The notes beneath the pieces were generated by a model. The model saw only the letters and a program-made list of their open reading frames with translations. It had not been told where the DNA came from and did not search any database. A stretch of DNA of 64,000 bases, from IMG/VR virus record IMGVR_UViG_2791355422_000001. The stretch is one strand, 5' to 3'. The DNA is from an uncultured virus (IMG/VR IMGVR_UViG_2791355422_000001) (Duplodnaviria > Heunggongvirae > Uroviricota > Caudoviricetes). This document shows, piece by piece, positions 47,173 to 56,883 of this stretch (positions within the stretch are counted from its first letter, which is position 1; each line of letters opens with the position of its first letter). A program made the translations under genes and the position numbers.

Positions 47173-47266
47173 GCGCCGAGACTAGAAGGACTCCAATGCC
47201 CCACCGCGACGAACTGCCTGAGGAGCCGGTGTCGCACCCGGACCCCAAGGGGGAGGAGTGGGTGAC

Positions 47267-47455
47267 ATGAGTGAAGAGTCGACCTCACGAAGCCGGGGCA
47301 CCGCGCAAGACGAGTGCGGCCACCCCAACTCCTACATGGACCTTGAGTGCGTCTGTCACTGCTCACGGTGCGCCGACCCCCGCATCGAGCGCGGTGCGCC
47401 CGGCTACTGCATCTGCCCGCAGTGCACCATCTGCCGATCCGTAGCGCCCCAATGA
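47267..47455 (+). CDS. Small Cys-rich protein
   Basis: CVCHCSRC..CICPQCTIC. Confidence 0.5.
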   Translation: MSEESTSRSRGTAQDECGHPNSYMDLECVCHCSRCADPRIERGAPGYCICPQCTICRSVAPQ

Positions 47456-47463
47456 TTGAGCGC

Positions 47464-47544
47464 TTGACAAACCGCGATCACCGAAGTCACTCTGTGCTCA
47501 GATAGCTGAACTTCGCGCTGAGGCCACCCGCCACCGGGTGGCCT
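47464..47544 (+). promoter_or_regulatory. Putative late promoter with downstream hairpin
   Basis: TTGACA-18nt-CACTCT, then AGGCCACCCG..CGGGTGGCCT. Confidence 0.5.
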
Positions 47545-47565
47545 TCGTCGTTCCCGGAGGTGGCC

Positions 47566-47805
47566 ATGGCCTCCCTCGCTCTCGCCACCGCAGCAGACGT
47601 TGCCTACTGGACCGGACGCCCCGTCGGCACTATCTGGCGCTGGGCCTCCGAAGGGCGCATCAAGGTCTACGGCAAGGGGCGAAACGCACGCTATGACCTG
47701 ATGGAGATCGACCCCGCCAAGCGGGACAAGGAAACCCAGAAGGTCATCACCCCCACCCCGCCCCCGAAGATCAAAAAGCGTGAGGCTTCCGCCCACGCCG
47801 CCTAA
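47566..47805 (+). CDS. Small HTH protein
   Basis: AADVAYWTGRPVGTIWRWASEGRI..ARYDL. Confidence 0.75.
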   Translation: MASLALATAADVAYWTGRPVGTIWRWASEGRIKVYGKGRNARYDLMEIDPAKRDKETQKVITPTPPPKIKKREASAHAA

Positions 47806-47970
47806 CAGCTCCTGCGCACGTTGGTCGCGCAGGAGGGCCTCGTAGCGCCACGCGCTCGGCCCACCCCGTCCGCATGCTCCGTGGGGGAGCCACGCGGACA
47901 TGTCCCGCCGTCGCCCAACCCCCCAGGTTCCGGCGGCGGGACACCCCACTCATCGCGCCAGGAGGCAGCC

Positions 47971-48069
47971 ATGCCCGACGAGTACGCGCTGCGGCTGGAG
48001 GCCTCCGGCGAGGTCACCACCGCCCAACCCGACATCATCGAGCCGGAGCCCGAGGAGGCCGAGGAATGA
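47971..48069 (+). CDS. 32-aa acidic peptide
   Basis: AGGAGG RBS, coupled to next gene. Confidence 0.5.
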   Translation: MPDEYALRLEASGEVTTAQPDIIEPEPEEAEE

Positions 48070-48464
48070 CCGCAGGACTGGCCCCCGGCCTCGTCTCCGG
48101 CTGGCTCAACACGCTGCGCTCCGCAGGCTCCGCGTACTCGGCGGTCGCCGGGACGTTCGCGCAGCTGCACACCGGAGACCCCGGCGCCGCAGGCACCGCC
48201 AACGTGTCCGTCGGCTCGACGACCCGGAACTCGTTCACGTTCGCCGCATCCTCGTCCGGGTCCGCCCTGGCGCTGAGCGCCGCACCCTCGGCGTGGACCA
48301 ACGGCGGCACCTCGGAGACCCTCACCCACATCTCCGTGTGGACCGCGTCAACGAGCGGCACCTTCCTGTTCTCGGTGGCACTGACGGCCAGCCGCGCCTG
48401 GGCAACCTCTGATTCGTTCACGCTCGCCACGCTCACCGCGGCACTGACTCCACAGTCCAGCTGA
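48066..48464 (+). CDS. Putative virion/tail-fibre-type protein (cassette 1A)
   Basis: LHTGDPG..THISVW.A...G.FL; related to 50818-51210. Confidence 0.7.
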   Translation: MTAGLAPGLVSGWLNTLRSAGSAYSAVAGTFAQLHTGDPGAAGTANVSVGSTTRNSFTFAASSSGSALALSAAPSAWTNGGTSETLTHISVWTASTSGTFLFSVALTASRAWATSDSFTLATLTAALTPQSS

Positions 48465-48492
48465 CCGCCAGCGGCCGGAGCGGGAGGCCGCC

Positions 48493-49908
48493 GTGACGAC
48501 CTTCACCGACGACTTCAACCGCGCCAACTCGACTGACCTCGGCGCCAACTGGGTCGAGGTCAGCGGCGACTGGTCGATCATCTCCAATCAGCTGTCGTCA
48601 GGATCATCGGGCGGAACGATCATCCTCCGCGCCGCCGGGGCGATGGCCACCAACGACAACAGCGCACAGGTCACCATCGCGGCGACGGCATCCGTCAGCC
48701 ACGGTGTCTGGTGCAGAGGCAACACGAACATCACCAGCGGCTACCTGTGGCGCAACGACGGCTCCTCGTGGAACCTCTTCGCCGTAGTCGGCGGCTCCTT
48801 CATCAGCATCGGCAGCTACGCCGCAGCAGCCGTCGCAGGCGACGTGGCGAAAGTGCAGGCCGTCGGCTCGACCATCAAGGGCTACGTCAACGGCGTCCAG
48901 CGGGTCAGCGTCACCGACACCAACGTCGCCACCGGCACCTCCGTCGGGATCCGCGCCGAATCCGTCGGCACGCTCCGCTTCGACGACTTCACCGGAGCCG
49001 ACGTCGCCACCGGCACCACGGGCGACGCCGCCCTGTCGGGAGCCGCCACACTGTCCGCGTCGGGGCTACGGTCCACCGTCGGCTCCGCCGCCCGAACGGC
49101 GACAGCCACCCTGACCACCTCCGGCATCCGCACCACCACCGGCGGCGCGGCGCTCTCACCCACAGCCGCCCTGAGCGCTGGCGGAGTCCGAGCCGCAGCC
49201 GGCGACGCCAGTCTGGCGTCCACGGCCAGCCTCACGGCAGACGGAATCAGGGGCGGCTCGGCGGCGGCGGGCCTCGCCGCTTCGGCGCCGCTGACCGCAG
49301 CCGGACAGGTCACCGTCGTCGGCGACACCGCACTCGCGGCCACAGCAGACCTCGCGGCGACTGGGCAGCGCAGTGCCGCCACCGAAGCCGGCCTCGCCGT
49401 CACTACGGACCTGGCCGCCACCGGGCTGGCGGGCCGGGTCGCGCAGGCCGACCTCGCCGCGTCCGCCGAGCTCACCGCGAGCGGAGCACGCCAAGCGCAG
49501 GCCGACGGAACCCTGACCGCCGCGGTTCTCCTGCTCGCGCAGGGGCAGGTCGACCACAGCAGCACCGCTGCCCTGACAGTCGCAGCCGCACTAGCGGCCG
49601 ACGGGGTAATGGGCGCGCCGCCCGTCCTCGGCAACGCCGCCCTCACCGCAACTGGCATCCTCTCCGCGACAGGGGAGCGCACGACAGCCGCCGTAGCCAC
49701 CCTGGCCGCCGCGGCGACGCTCACCGCAGCAGGAGCAACGGAAGTCACCGCCAGCGCCGCCCTCGCGGCGACAGCCACGCTCACGACCAGCGGCACGACG
49801 CTCTCCACCCACGACGACGTCGACGTCACCGTCGGCGCACCCCAGAGCCCGTGGAGAGTCGGGACCCCGTACACGACCGCCTGGACCGCCGGCCCGCCGC
49901 ACCTGTGA
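48493..49908 (+). CDS. Lectin-like beta domain + Ala/Thr repeat stalk (cassette 1B)
   Basis: FTDDFNR..FDDF domain, then ~20-aa repeats L...A.LTA.G. Confidence 0.7.
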   Translation: MTTFTDDFNRANSTDLGANWVEVSGDWSIISNQLSSGSSGGTIILRAAGAMATNDNSAQVTIAATASVSHGVWCRGNTNITSGYLWRNDGSSWNLFAVVGGSFISIGSYAAAAVAGDVAKVQAVGSTIKGYVNGVQRVSVTDTNVATGTSVGIRAESVGTLRFDDFTGADVATGTTGDAALSGAATLSASGLRSTVGSAARTATATLTTSGIRTTTGGAALSPTAALSAGGVRAAAGDASLASTASLTADGIRGGSAAAGLAASAPLTAAGQVTVVGDTALAATADLAATGQRSAATEAGLAVTTDLAATGLAGRVAQADLAASAELTASGARQAQADGTLTAAVLLLAQGQVDHSSTAALTVAAALAADGVMGAPPVLGNAALTATGILSATGERTTAAVATLAAAATLTAAGATEVTASAALAATATLTTSGTTLSTHDDVDVTVGAPQSPWRVGTPYTTAWTAGPPHL

Positions 49909-49922
49909 CCGGGGAGGTGGGC

Positions 49923-50210
49923 GTGCAGATCCCCGCCAGCAGCACCGAATACCTGCACGTCCCCGTCACCGCACCCGCAGGCGTCGACCTGACCGGAGCA
50001 CCAGTACGGATCGCCGTCGTGGCACACCGCGACAACCCGGCGCCCGCCGAATGGCAGCCCGCTGACTGGATCGGCAGTGACGTCCGGCTCCTCATCGGCC
50101 CCGGCACTGAACTAGCCCTCGCTCGCGGTGACTACCGCGTCTGGATCTCCGTCGACCCGCCCGGCGCAGAGAACATCACCCGGATGTCCGGGCATCTCGG
50201 TGTCATCTAG
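49923..50210 (+). CDS. Small Ig-like protein (cassette 1C)
   Basis: STEY..V..W..A.W..LLIGP..L..GDY.VW; related to 52058-52351. Confidence 0.7.
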   Translation: MQIPASSTEYLHVPVTAPAGVDLTGAPVRIAVVAHRDNPAPAEWQPADWIGSDVRLLIGPGTELALARGDYRVWISVDPPGAENITRMSGHLGVI

Positions 50211-50751
50211 GCGGAGGCGTCCGCTGCGGCGCAGGTGCTCGCACGAAGCTTCGCTCGCCCCGTGCATGCCGGTCGACTATCGATCGTCCTATTCCAAGAC
50301 GTCGTGCAATGCTCAGGTGGCTTTCTCCGGTCTTGAGTGATGCTTCTATTTGCGCGTCGACTTCTGGTGTTGTTGCAACCGGACGGCCGCGCGGAAGATT
50401 CTTCGCCTTCAAGTCCGCCATATTGTCCTGGTGGGTTCCCAGGAACCAATGGCCCGGATTATGGCACCAGCCATGATCGCAGGTGTGTAGTACGTGGAGT
50501 TCACCCGGTGGCACCCCGTGCGCGATCTCCCATCCGACTCTGGTGGCGATACGAGTCTTGCCCTGCCAGCGGAAGGCTCCGCGGTCCTCGCTGGCGTAGG
50601 CGCCGGTCCACGGCCAGCATTCTCCTGGCCCGCGGCGATCAACCTTCTCGAAGTACCGCTCTATGGGGCTCTTCTTCGGCGCGGATGCGAGCGGGTCGCC
50701 GAATCGATACCACCGCAGATAGTGGGCGCGACACCATCCGCGCGCTGTCAC
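50203..50751 (-). CDS. HNH homing endonuclease
   Basis: CWPWTG..HTCD..CHNPGH..GTHQDNMAD; antisense, lower GC. Confidence 0.85.
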   Translation of the reverse strand: MTARGWCRAHYLRWYRFGDPLASAPKKSPIERYFEKVDRRGPGECWPWTGAYASEDRGAFRWQGKTRIATRVGWEIAHGVPPGELHVLHTCDHGWCHNPGHWFLGTHQDNMADLKAKNLPRGRPVATTPEVDAQIEASLKTGESHLSIARRLGIGRSIVDRHARGERSFVRAPAPQRTPPPR

Positions 50752-50817
50752 ATCTCGTGTGCAGTTCTCAATAGAGCACGTGAGTCCATTCTATCCGGCA
50801 ATTCGGCCGAGAAAGCG

Positions 50818-51210
50818 GTGATTGCCATTAGTGACAACCTTTCGAATACGGCCGAGAATCGCGCTCTCGACTGGCTCATGGGCACGTCCACCACCGCACC
50901 CACCCTGCCGCTGAAGGTCGCCATCGTCACCGCCAACGGCACCGACTCGACAGCAGGCACCGAGGCGACCGGCGGAAGCTACGTGCGCAAGAACCTCACC
51001 GTCGCAGCCGCAGCATCCGGAGCCACCTCCAACAGTGCCGATCTCGTCTGGACCGGCATGCCTGCCGGAACGTTCGTCGGCGTCGAAGTCTGGGACTCCG
51101 CGGGCTCACCGGTACGCCTCTGGTACGGCGCGCTCGCCGCGAGCCGGACGCTGCTTGCCGGGGATGAGCTCAGAATCACCGCAGGCCAGCTGACCTTTGC
51201 CTTGGCATGA
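50818..51210 (+). CDS. Putative virion/tail-fibre-type protein (cassette 2A)
   Basis: LSNTAEN..E.TGGSY.R..SNSA..WD..LWYG.L. Confidence 0.7.
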   Translation: MIAISDNLSNTAENRALDWLMGTSTTAPTLPLKVAIVTANGTDSTAGTEATGGSYVRKNLTVAAAASGATSNSADLVWTGMPAGTFVGVEVWDSAGSPVRLWYGALAASRTLLAGDELRITAGQLTFALA

Positions 51211-51224
51211 TCGCGGGGTGAGCC

Positions 51225-52067
51225 ATGGCCCTGATCTCCACCCTCGTCGACAACTTCAACGACAACATCGTCGGCCCGGACTGGGGTAACGCCTACGGCG
51301 GTGTGTCCGAGACCGGTGGGCGGGCCCGCTGCCCTTGTGTGGCAGGCAACTATGCGGGCTATCAGACGGCGAAGGTGTGGACCCTGGCTGGGAGTTCGGT
51401 CTACCTCCAGGTGCCGGTGGCCGCGGCGGCCAACGGAGCGACAGTCGAGGCGCAGACCGTCTTCGCGGTCATCACGGCGACCGCGGGCACGAACCTCGCA
51501 TTCAACATCAACACGGTGGCGAACACGATCCGCTGCGAGTCCAACGTCGGCTACACCGACGGCGCCGCCGTGAGCCTCACCTACAGTGCCGCCACCCACG
51601 CCTGGCTGCGCATCCGCGAGACCGGCGGCAACGTCCTGTGGGACACCTCCACCGACGGCTCGACGTGGACCAACCGCAGGACGCTCGCCACGCCCGCCTG
51701 GGTCACCGCGGCCGTCGACGCCTGCGCGCTCGACCTGTACTCCTACCGCAACAACGGCACCACGAACTACGCGGAGTTCGACAACGTCAACACGCCCGCC
51801 TCCAGCGCCAGCGTGTACTTCGCATCCGCCGCACTCACCGCTGACAGCGCCCAGACCGCGTCAGCGACCCGCTCCATCGTCGTCTCCGCCAGCCTCACCG
51901 CGGACTCCAGCCTCGACGCCGCCAGCATCCAGGCCGCCACCGCATCCGCCGCCCTCGCAGGCAGCAGCGAACTCGGCGCCAAGACCGACGCCGTCGACAC
52001 CGACGACATCACCGTCCAACTCAGCGAACCGCGCGGAGGATGGACGGTGAGCCAGCCGTGGATCTAG
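51225..52067 (+). CDS. Lectin-like beta domain + short Ala/Ser repeats (cassette 2B)
   Basis: LVDNFND..WLRIRE..FDNVN, then LTADS repeats. Confidence 0.7.
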   Translation: MALISTLVDNFNDNIVGPDWGNAYGGVSETGGRARCPCVAGNYAGYQTAKVWTLAGSSVYLQVPVAAAANGATVEAQTVFAVITATAGTNLAFNINTVANTIRCESNVGYTDGAAVSLTYSAATHAWLRIRETGGNVLWDTSTDGSTWTNRRTLATPAWVTAAVDACALDLYSYRNNGTTNYAEFDNVNTPASSASVYFASAALTADSAQTASATRSIVVSASLTADSSLDAASIQAATASAALAGSSELGAKTDAVDTDDITVQLSEPRGGWTVSQPWI

Positions 52068-52351
52068 CCGCCATCTCCACCGAGTTCGTCAAGGTCACCG
52101 TCGTCGCCCGCGCCGGCGGAACCGTCGTCGCCCTCGCCGTGCCACCCCAGTTCGCGTTCCTCCTCACCGACACCAGCCCCGAGTCCGGCGACTGGCTGAC
52201 CGGCGAGTGGATCGCCCCGCACGGCCGAATCCTCATCGGCCCCAACGGGGGCGTCACCACCCTGGCGGCCGGCGAATACGCGGTATGGATCAAGTTCGCG
52301 GGCGGCTCCGAAACCCCCGTCTACCGGACCGGCACGATCACCGTCTACTAG
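52058..52351 (+). CDS. Small Ig-like protein (cassette 2C)
   Basis: STEF..V..W..GEW..ILIGP..L..GEY.VW. Confidence 0.7.
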   Translation: MDLAAISTEFVKVTVVARAGGTVVALAVPPQFAFLLTDTSPESGDWLTGEWIAPHGRILIGPNGGVTTLAAGEYAVWIKFAGGSETPVYRTGTITVY

Positions 52352-52362
52352 GAGCCCGCGCC

Positions 52363-53070
52363 ATGGCCGACGACCTGCTCGTCATCATCCCCACGAGGGG
52401 CCGCCCCCAGGCCGTGCCGGAGATCGTGCAGGCGTGGGACGACACCGGCGCCACCGCCGATGTGCTGTTCGCCGTCGACAACGACGACCCGGAGCTCGCC
52501 GCGTACAAGAAGCATGCCGCCGACCTCAACGGCGACGGGCGGGTGCGGTTCACGTTCGGCAAGCGCAGGCGGCTCGTCGGGACGCTCAATCAGCAGGCCG
52601 TGAAGGCTGCGAAGTCGTACCGGTTCCTCGCGTTCCTCGGCGACGATCACCGGCCGCGTCCGGCCGCCACGCCGTGGGACGAACGGATCCGCGTCTGCCT
52701 GTCCGGCGGACCTGGCATCGTCTACGGCAACGACCTGCTTCAAGGCGAGAAGATGGCCACCGCCGTCGCCATGACCTCCGACATCGTGACGACGCTGGAC
52801 TATATGGCGCCGCCGGCCATGGTCCATTTGTGCGCCGACCTGGTCTGGGTCGAGTGGGGTCGCGGCATGGGCCGAATCACATACCTCGACGACATGATCA
52901 TCGAGCACCTGCATCCGGCGGCCGGGAAGGCCGACGTAGATCAGGGCTACGAAGAGGCCAACAGCGAGCAGCAGGTGTCCGCCGACTCGGCCGCCTACTA
53001 CGAGTACCGCGACGGCGGCGGGTTGGAAGCCGACCTGGTGAAGCTGCGGGCGCTCGTCGAGGAGGCGTGA
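52363..53070 (+). CDS. Glycosyltransferase family 2-like
   Basis: IIPTRGRP, VDNDD, GDD, IEHLHP. Confidence 0.8.
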   Translation: MADDLLVIIPTRGRPQAVPEIVQAWDDTGATADVLFAVDNDDPELAAYKKHAADLNGDGRVRFTFGKRRRLVGTLNQQAVKAAKSYRFLAFLGDDHRPRPAATPWDERIRVCLSGGPGIVYGNDLLQGEKMATAVAMTSDIVTTLDYMAPPAMVHLCADLVWVEWGRGMGRITYLDDMIIEHLHPAAGKADVDQGYEEANSEQQVSADSAAYYEYRDGGGLEADLVKLRALVEEA

Positions 53071-53390
53071 TGGACCCCTTCGTACCTAAGGGCGAGCTTC
53101 GATTCGACGCTTCACAGACCTGCGGCTACCAGCCTTCCAAGGCATCCGAGGAGTGCGGTCGGCCTGCAACTTGGCATGTCATGTGGGACGAGGTACTGGA
53201 CAACAGCCTCACCTGCGACGAGCACATGACCCTGATCCAGCAGCGATGGGTTTACGTCGACAGGCACCCCGTCACGGCGGATTGCACCATGCCCGGCGCG
53301 GAATGGGTGTTCCTCAACGATCGCTGCGAGTTTCCGGAGCTGATGGCTTCTGCGACGTGCCGCGCCGAGAAGTCAGTGGAGGTCGCATGA
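53070..53390 (+). CDS. Cys-containing hypothetical protein
   Basis: TGATG coupling. Confidence 0.6.
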   Translation: MDPFVPKGELRFDASQTCGYQPSKASEECGRPATWHVMWDEVLDNSLTCDEHMTLIQQRWVYVDRHPVTADCTMPGAEWVFLNDRCEFPELMASATCRAEKSVEVA

Positions 53391-53986
53391 CCGCCGAAGC
53401 TGTGATCCAAGCCTGGGACGCTGCCGACCCGTCCTCGATCCACCCGCTCCGCCGCGTCTCTGAAGAGGCGTACTGGGAGTCGGGCAAGGCGCAGGCCGAC
53501 ATGCTCGCGTCTGTCATCCCCGACGGGGCGAAGGTGCTCGACTTCGGCTGCGGGGACGGCCGCGTCGCCATCCCACTCGCTGCGTTCGGCTACGAGGTGA
53601 CGGCCGTCGACGCGTCGCAGCGGATGCTCGACCGGCTCACCGAACGGGCCCCCGACCTGACCACCGTGCAGGCCACTGCCGACGATATCGCCGCCCACCT
53701 CGGCCGCCGCCGCATGGACGCCGTCTACTGCCTCGCCGTGCTGATCCACCACAGCTGGGCGGACTGCCTCGACATCATCGGCAAGCTTCGGGCCGCCACC
53801 AAGCTTGGCGGGATCCTCGTCCTCGACTGGCCCGTCTCCGAGACCCCCGAAGAGGCCGACTCGTGGATCGGCGTCACCACCTGGTCCCGCGAGCAGCAGG
53901 CCGACGCGTGCGCGCGGATCGGGCTGGAGCCCGCCGACAGCGGGCTGCCGTGGGGCGTCTACCGGGCCGTGAAGGCAGGCGGCTGA
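53387..53986 (+). CDS. Class I SAM-dependent methyltransferase
   Basis: VLDFGCGDGR, VDAS..ML. Confidence 0.9.
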   Translation: MTAEAVIQAWDAADPSSIHPLRRVSEEAYWESGKAQADMLASVIPDGAKVLDFGCGDGRVAIPLAAFGYEVTAVDASQRMLDRLTERAPDLTTVQATADDIAAHLGRRRMDAVYCLAVLIHHSWADCLDIIGKLRAATKLGGILVLDWPVSETPEEADSWIGVTTWSREQQADACARIGLEPADSGLPWGVYRAVKAGG

Positions 53987-54864
53987 TGCGCGTCCTCCTG
54001 AGCGGCGCGTCTGGGTTCGTCGGCCGCCATCTGCACCAGGCGCTCCGTGACCGGGGCGACGACGTCCTCGCGATCGACCTCAACGCGTCGCCGATCGTCT
54101 ACAGCGGCGACGCCCTCGACTTCTTCCGCACCGACGACACCCGGTTCGATCTCGCGATCCACGCGGCGGCAGTCGTGGGTGGCCGGGCCAGCATCGACGG
54201 CAGCCCCCTCGGCGTCGCCACCAACCTCGCGCTCGACTCCTGGTACTTCCGCTGGCTGGTCCGCACCGGCACGCCGCGCGCCGTGTTCTTCAGCAGCAGC
54301 GCCGCCTATCCGGTCGCACTTCAGCAGCCGGGCGAGATTCACCGGCTCGTCGAGACGGACATCGACCTCGACAGCCCCGGCAAGCCCGACGCGACGTATG
54401 GCCTCGCCAAGCTCGCAGGGGAGCAGCTGGCGCGCTACGCGGAGGCTGAAGGCTGCCGCGTGCACGTCCTGCGGCCGATGTCGGGTTACGGCGCCGACCA
54501 GGACGAGGCGTACCCGTTCCCCGCGTTCATCCGCCGCGCGCGCGAGCGGCAGGATCCGTTCGAAATCTGGGGCGACGGCAGCTCGACCCGCGACTGGGTC
54601 CACGTCGACGACCTTGTGGGCGCCACCCTCGCGGCCATCGACCAAGACGCCACCGGTCCCATCAACGTCGGCTGGGGGAGAGCGACCAGCTTCGACGAAC
54701 TCGCCGGGCTCGTCACCACGGCCGCCGGCTACCGGCCACAGCTCAAGCACCTCGCCTCCGCACCACAGGGCGTCCACCACCGCGTGTGCGATCCGAAGCG
54801 GATGCTCGACGTGTACCAGCCGCGCGTGGAACTCGAAGAGGGCATCCGGCGGGCACTCACATGA
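53986..54864 (+). CDS. NAD-dependent epimerase/dehydratase
   Basis: GASGFVG, YGLAK, RDWVHVDD. Confidence 0.9.
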   Translation: MRVLLSGASGFVGRHLHQALRDRGDDVLAIDLNASPIVYSGDALDFFRTDDTRFDLAIHAAAVVGGRASIDGSPLGVATNLALDSWYFRWLVRTGTPRAVFFSSSAAYPVALQQPGEIHRLVETDIDLDSPGKPDATYGLAKLAGEQLARYAEAEGCRVHVLRPMSGYGADQDEAYPFPAFIRRARERQDPFEIWGDGSSTRDWVHVDDLVGATLAAIDQDATGPINVGWGRATSFDELAGLVTTAAGYRPQLKHLASAPQGVHHRVCDPKRMLDVYQPRVELEEGIRRALT

Positions 54865-55055
54865 CCGACAGCTTCCTCGCCTTCGAGATCGCAGGACCCG
54901 GAGGGGCCCCGGACCCGGACGACGCGCTCGCCTACGGACGCGTGCTCGCGGAACGCGGCGGCTCAACCATCCCTCCAGATGCTCGCCCCCGGATCACTCA
55001 ACGCGCCGACGGCAGCGACTGCTACCGCGTGGAGATCCCCGCCAGTTTCACCTGA
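54861..55055 (+). CDS. Hypothetical protein
   Basis: ATGA coupling. Confidence 0.55.
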   Translation: MTDSFLAFEIAGPGGAPDPDDALAYGRVLAERGGSTIPPDARPRITQRADGSDCYRVEIPASFT

Positions 55056-55079
55056 CCACCCCACGGAAGGCCCGCGCCC

Positions 55080-55439
55080 ATGGCCCGCCAACAGGTCACG
55101 ATCACCATGCGGCCACCTATGTTGATCGAACGCCTCTGGTACTGGAGCCTCGGTATCCGGCCGCCGCTCGCCTGCGGACCGCCGAAGAAGTGGGAAGCCT
55201 GGATGCGGCTCCTGCCGCAGTCCTGGGCCCGCATCCACCAGCGGTACGCGAAGCGGCACGGCTTCTACTGGCTGCCCTGCCTTCTCTGCTCTCGCCCCTA
55301 TGGCGGCCACCAGCACGCAGGGAACATCCCCGATCCCGAGTACGGGCCCGGCTCTGGCCGCAGTGTCGGTATCTGCCCGTACTGCACCCGTCACGGCCGC
55401 CACGTCGAGCTCGCTGATGACGACCTGCCGATCTACTGA
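55080..55439 (+). CDS. Zn-finger hypothetical protein
   Basis: CLLC..CPYC. Confidence 0.65.
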   Translation: MARQQVTITMRPPMLIERLWYWSLGIRPPLACGPPKKWEAWMRLLPQSWARIHQRYAKRHGFYWLPCLLCSRPYGGHQHAGNIPDPEYGPGSGRSVGICPYCTRHGRHVELADDDLPIY

Positions 55440-55458
55440 CCCCACAGGAGCCCGCGCC

Positions 55459-55641
55459 ATGCCTGCGCCCGACTACGCCCTGATCGATCGGCTCGAACGC
55501 GAACTCGGCATCGGCCAGCCCGAGCCAGAACCACAGCTGCGCCGCGACCGCCTCGTCTGCCTGATCAAAGACTGCGACGGCGACACCACCGAACTCCGCA
55601 CCTGGAGCGGCCTGCTGGTCCTGCGACTCCACGAACACTGA
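55459..55641 (+). CDS. Hypothetical protein
   Basis: AGGAG RBS. Confidence 0.6.
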   Translation: MPAPDYALIDRLERELGIGQPEPEPQLRRDRLVCLIKDCDGDTTELRTWSGLLVLRLHEH

Positions 55642-55668
55642 CCACCCCACACCGGAAGGCCCGCGCCC

Positions 55669-55884
55669 ATGGCTGCAGAGATCACAGCGCCCGTCGAGGT
55701 CACCACTCGCCTACCCGGAGCCGTTCCCATCGGAGGACGCATCGGTACCCTCACCGTCGCTCTTCGCGGCCTCACGCTCCACACCGAAGACGTCTACCGT
55801 GCCCTCGGTGAGCTACTCGTCGAAGCAGGCAACTACATCATCAACAACGCCGCCCTCCCCGACGCGAACGAGGACGACGCCTGA
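55669..55884 (+). CDS. Hypothetical protein
   Basis: Conserved start motif. Confidence 0.6.
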   Translation: MAAEITAPVEVTTRLPGAVPIGGRIGTLTVALRGLTLHTEDVYRALGELLVEAGNYIINNAALPDANEDDA

Positions 55885-56294
55885 TGGCCCGCCTGCAGAT
55901 CCTCGAACTCCCCACCGAGCACCACGGCGACGACATGACCACGCCGTTCGTACTCGTCATCGACCAAGCCCGAGCCGAAGACTTCTACCCGGACACAGAC
56001 GGCAAGACCACCTGGCAGATCTTCCAGGAACGGGCCACGGCCGAAGACCCTGCGCAACGCATCGCCGACCAGATCGGCGCCCGCGCCGTCCTCGTCTTCG
56101 AAGACACCGTCAACATCCCCGCCAACGGCACGGATCTCGGCACCGACGAAGCATTCAAGACGGCCGTCCAAGACTGGGCCGCCGGAACGAACGAGACCCT
56201 CTGGCGAATCATCGAGGCAAAGAGCCACAAGCGGCGGCCGAGGCGAGACGCGCCCCCGGCACCCTCATCCCCCGACTGCGACACCGATGCCTGA
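55884..56294 (+). CDS. Hypothetical protein
   Basis: TGATG coupling. Confidence 0.65.
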   Translation: MARLQILELPTEHHGDDMTTPFVLVIDQARAEDFYPDTDGKTTWQIFQERATAEDPAQRIADQIGARAVLVFEDTVNIPANGTDLGTDEAFKTAVQDWAAGTNETLWRIIEAKSHKRRPRRDAPPAPSSPDCDTDA

Positions 56295-56493
56295 CGTGAC
56301 CGTCAAGCTGTCCGACGGCATCCGCGAGATCACCGTTGAGATCAACGGCAGCGACGACGACCCGCTCGCGAACGCCGAAGCCGCCGCCGTCCGCCTGTAC
56401 GACGTCGCTGCCAAGGGTGACTCCATCGACCGGCCCGCAGGCTTCAATACGTGGGCGCTCAACAGTGACACCGAACGCAGCCCCGAGGAGTAG
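56287..56493 (+). CDS. Hypothetical protein
   Basis: Overlapping ORF. Confidence 0.6.
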   Translation: MPDVTVKLSDGIREITVEINGSDDDPLANAEAAAVRLYDVAAKGDSIDRPAGFNTWALNSDTERSPEE

Positions 56494-56502
56494 GAGGCGG
56501 CC

Positions 56503-56808
56503 GTGAGCGGAGGGTGGTCCAACTCTCGGCGGCGTGAACGCCTCCCCTCCGGGTGGTCCCGCATCCGCGCGGAGATCCTGGCGAGGGACGTGACGTGCGT
56601 TCTGTGTGGCGTGCGCCCGTCGACCCACTGCGATCACATCGTCGCCAAGGCAGACCTCAACGGGCCGTCGGATCTTCAGGGCGTCTGCGGCCCCTGCCAT
56701 GATCAAAAGTCGTCGCGGGAAGGGAACGATGCGCAGCGCGCCAACCCGCGGCCAACTCGCATACGGCCTGCGGAAGTTCATCCCGGATTTCTACGTGATG
56801 ACCGGTAG
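56503..56808 (+). CDS. Small HNH endonuclease (terminase-associated type)
   Basis: W..IR..IL.RD..CVLC..DHI..LQGVC..CH..KS. Confidence 0.85.
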   Translation: MSGGWSNSRRRERLPSGWSRIRAEILARDVTCVLCGVRPSTHCDHIVAKADLNGPSDLQGVCGPCHDQKSSREGNDAQRANPRPTRIRPAEVHPGFLRDDR

Positions 56809-56883
56809 AATTGTGGCCACAGGAAACCCCGGCGAGTGCTGATGACACTCCCGGGGCGCGGCCGATCCAGCTAGGAGATCGAC

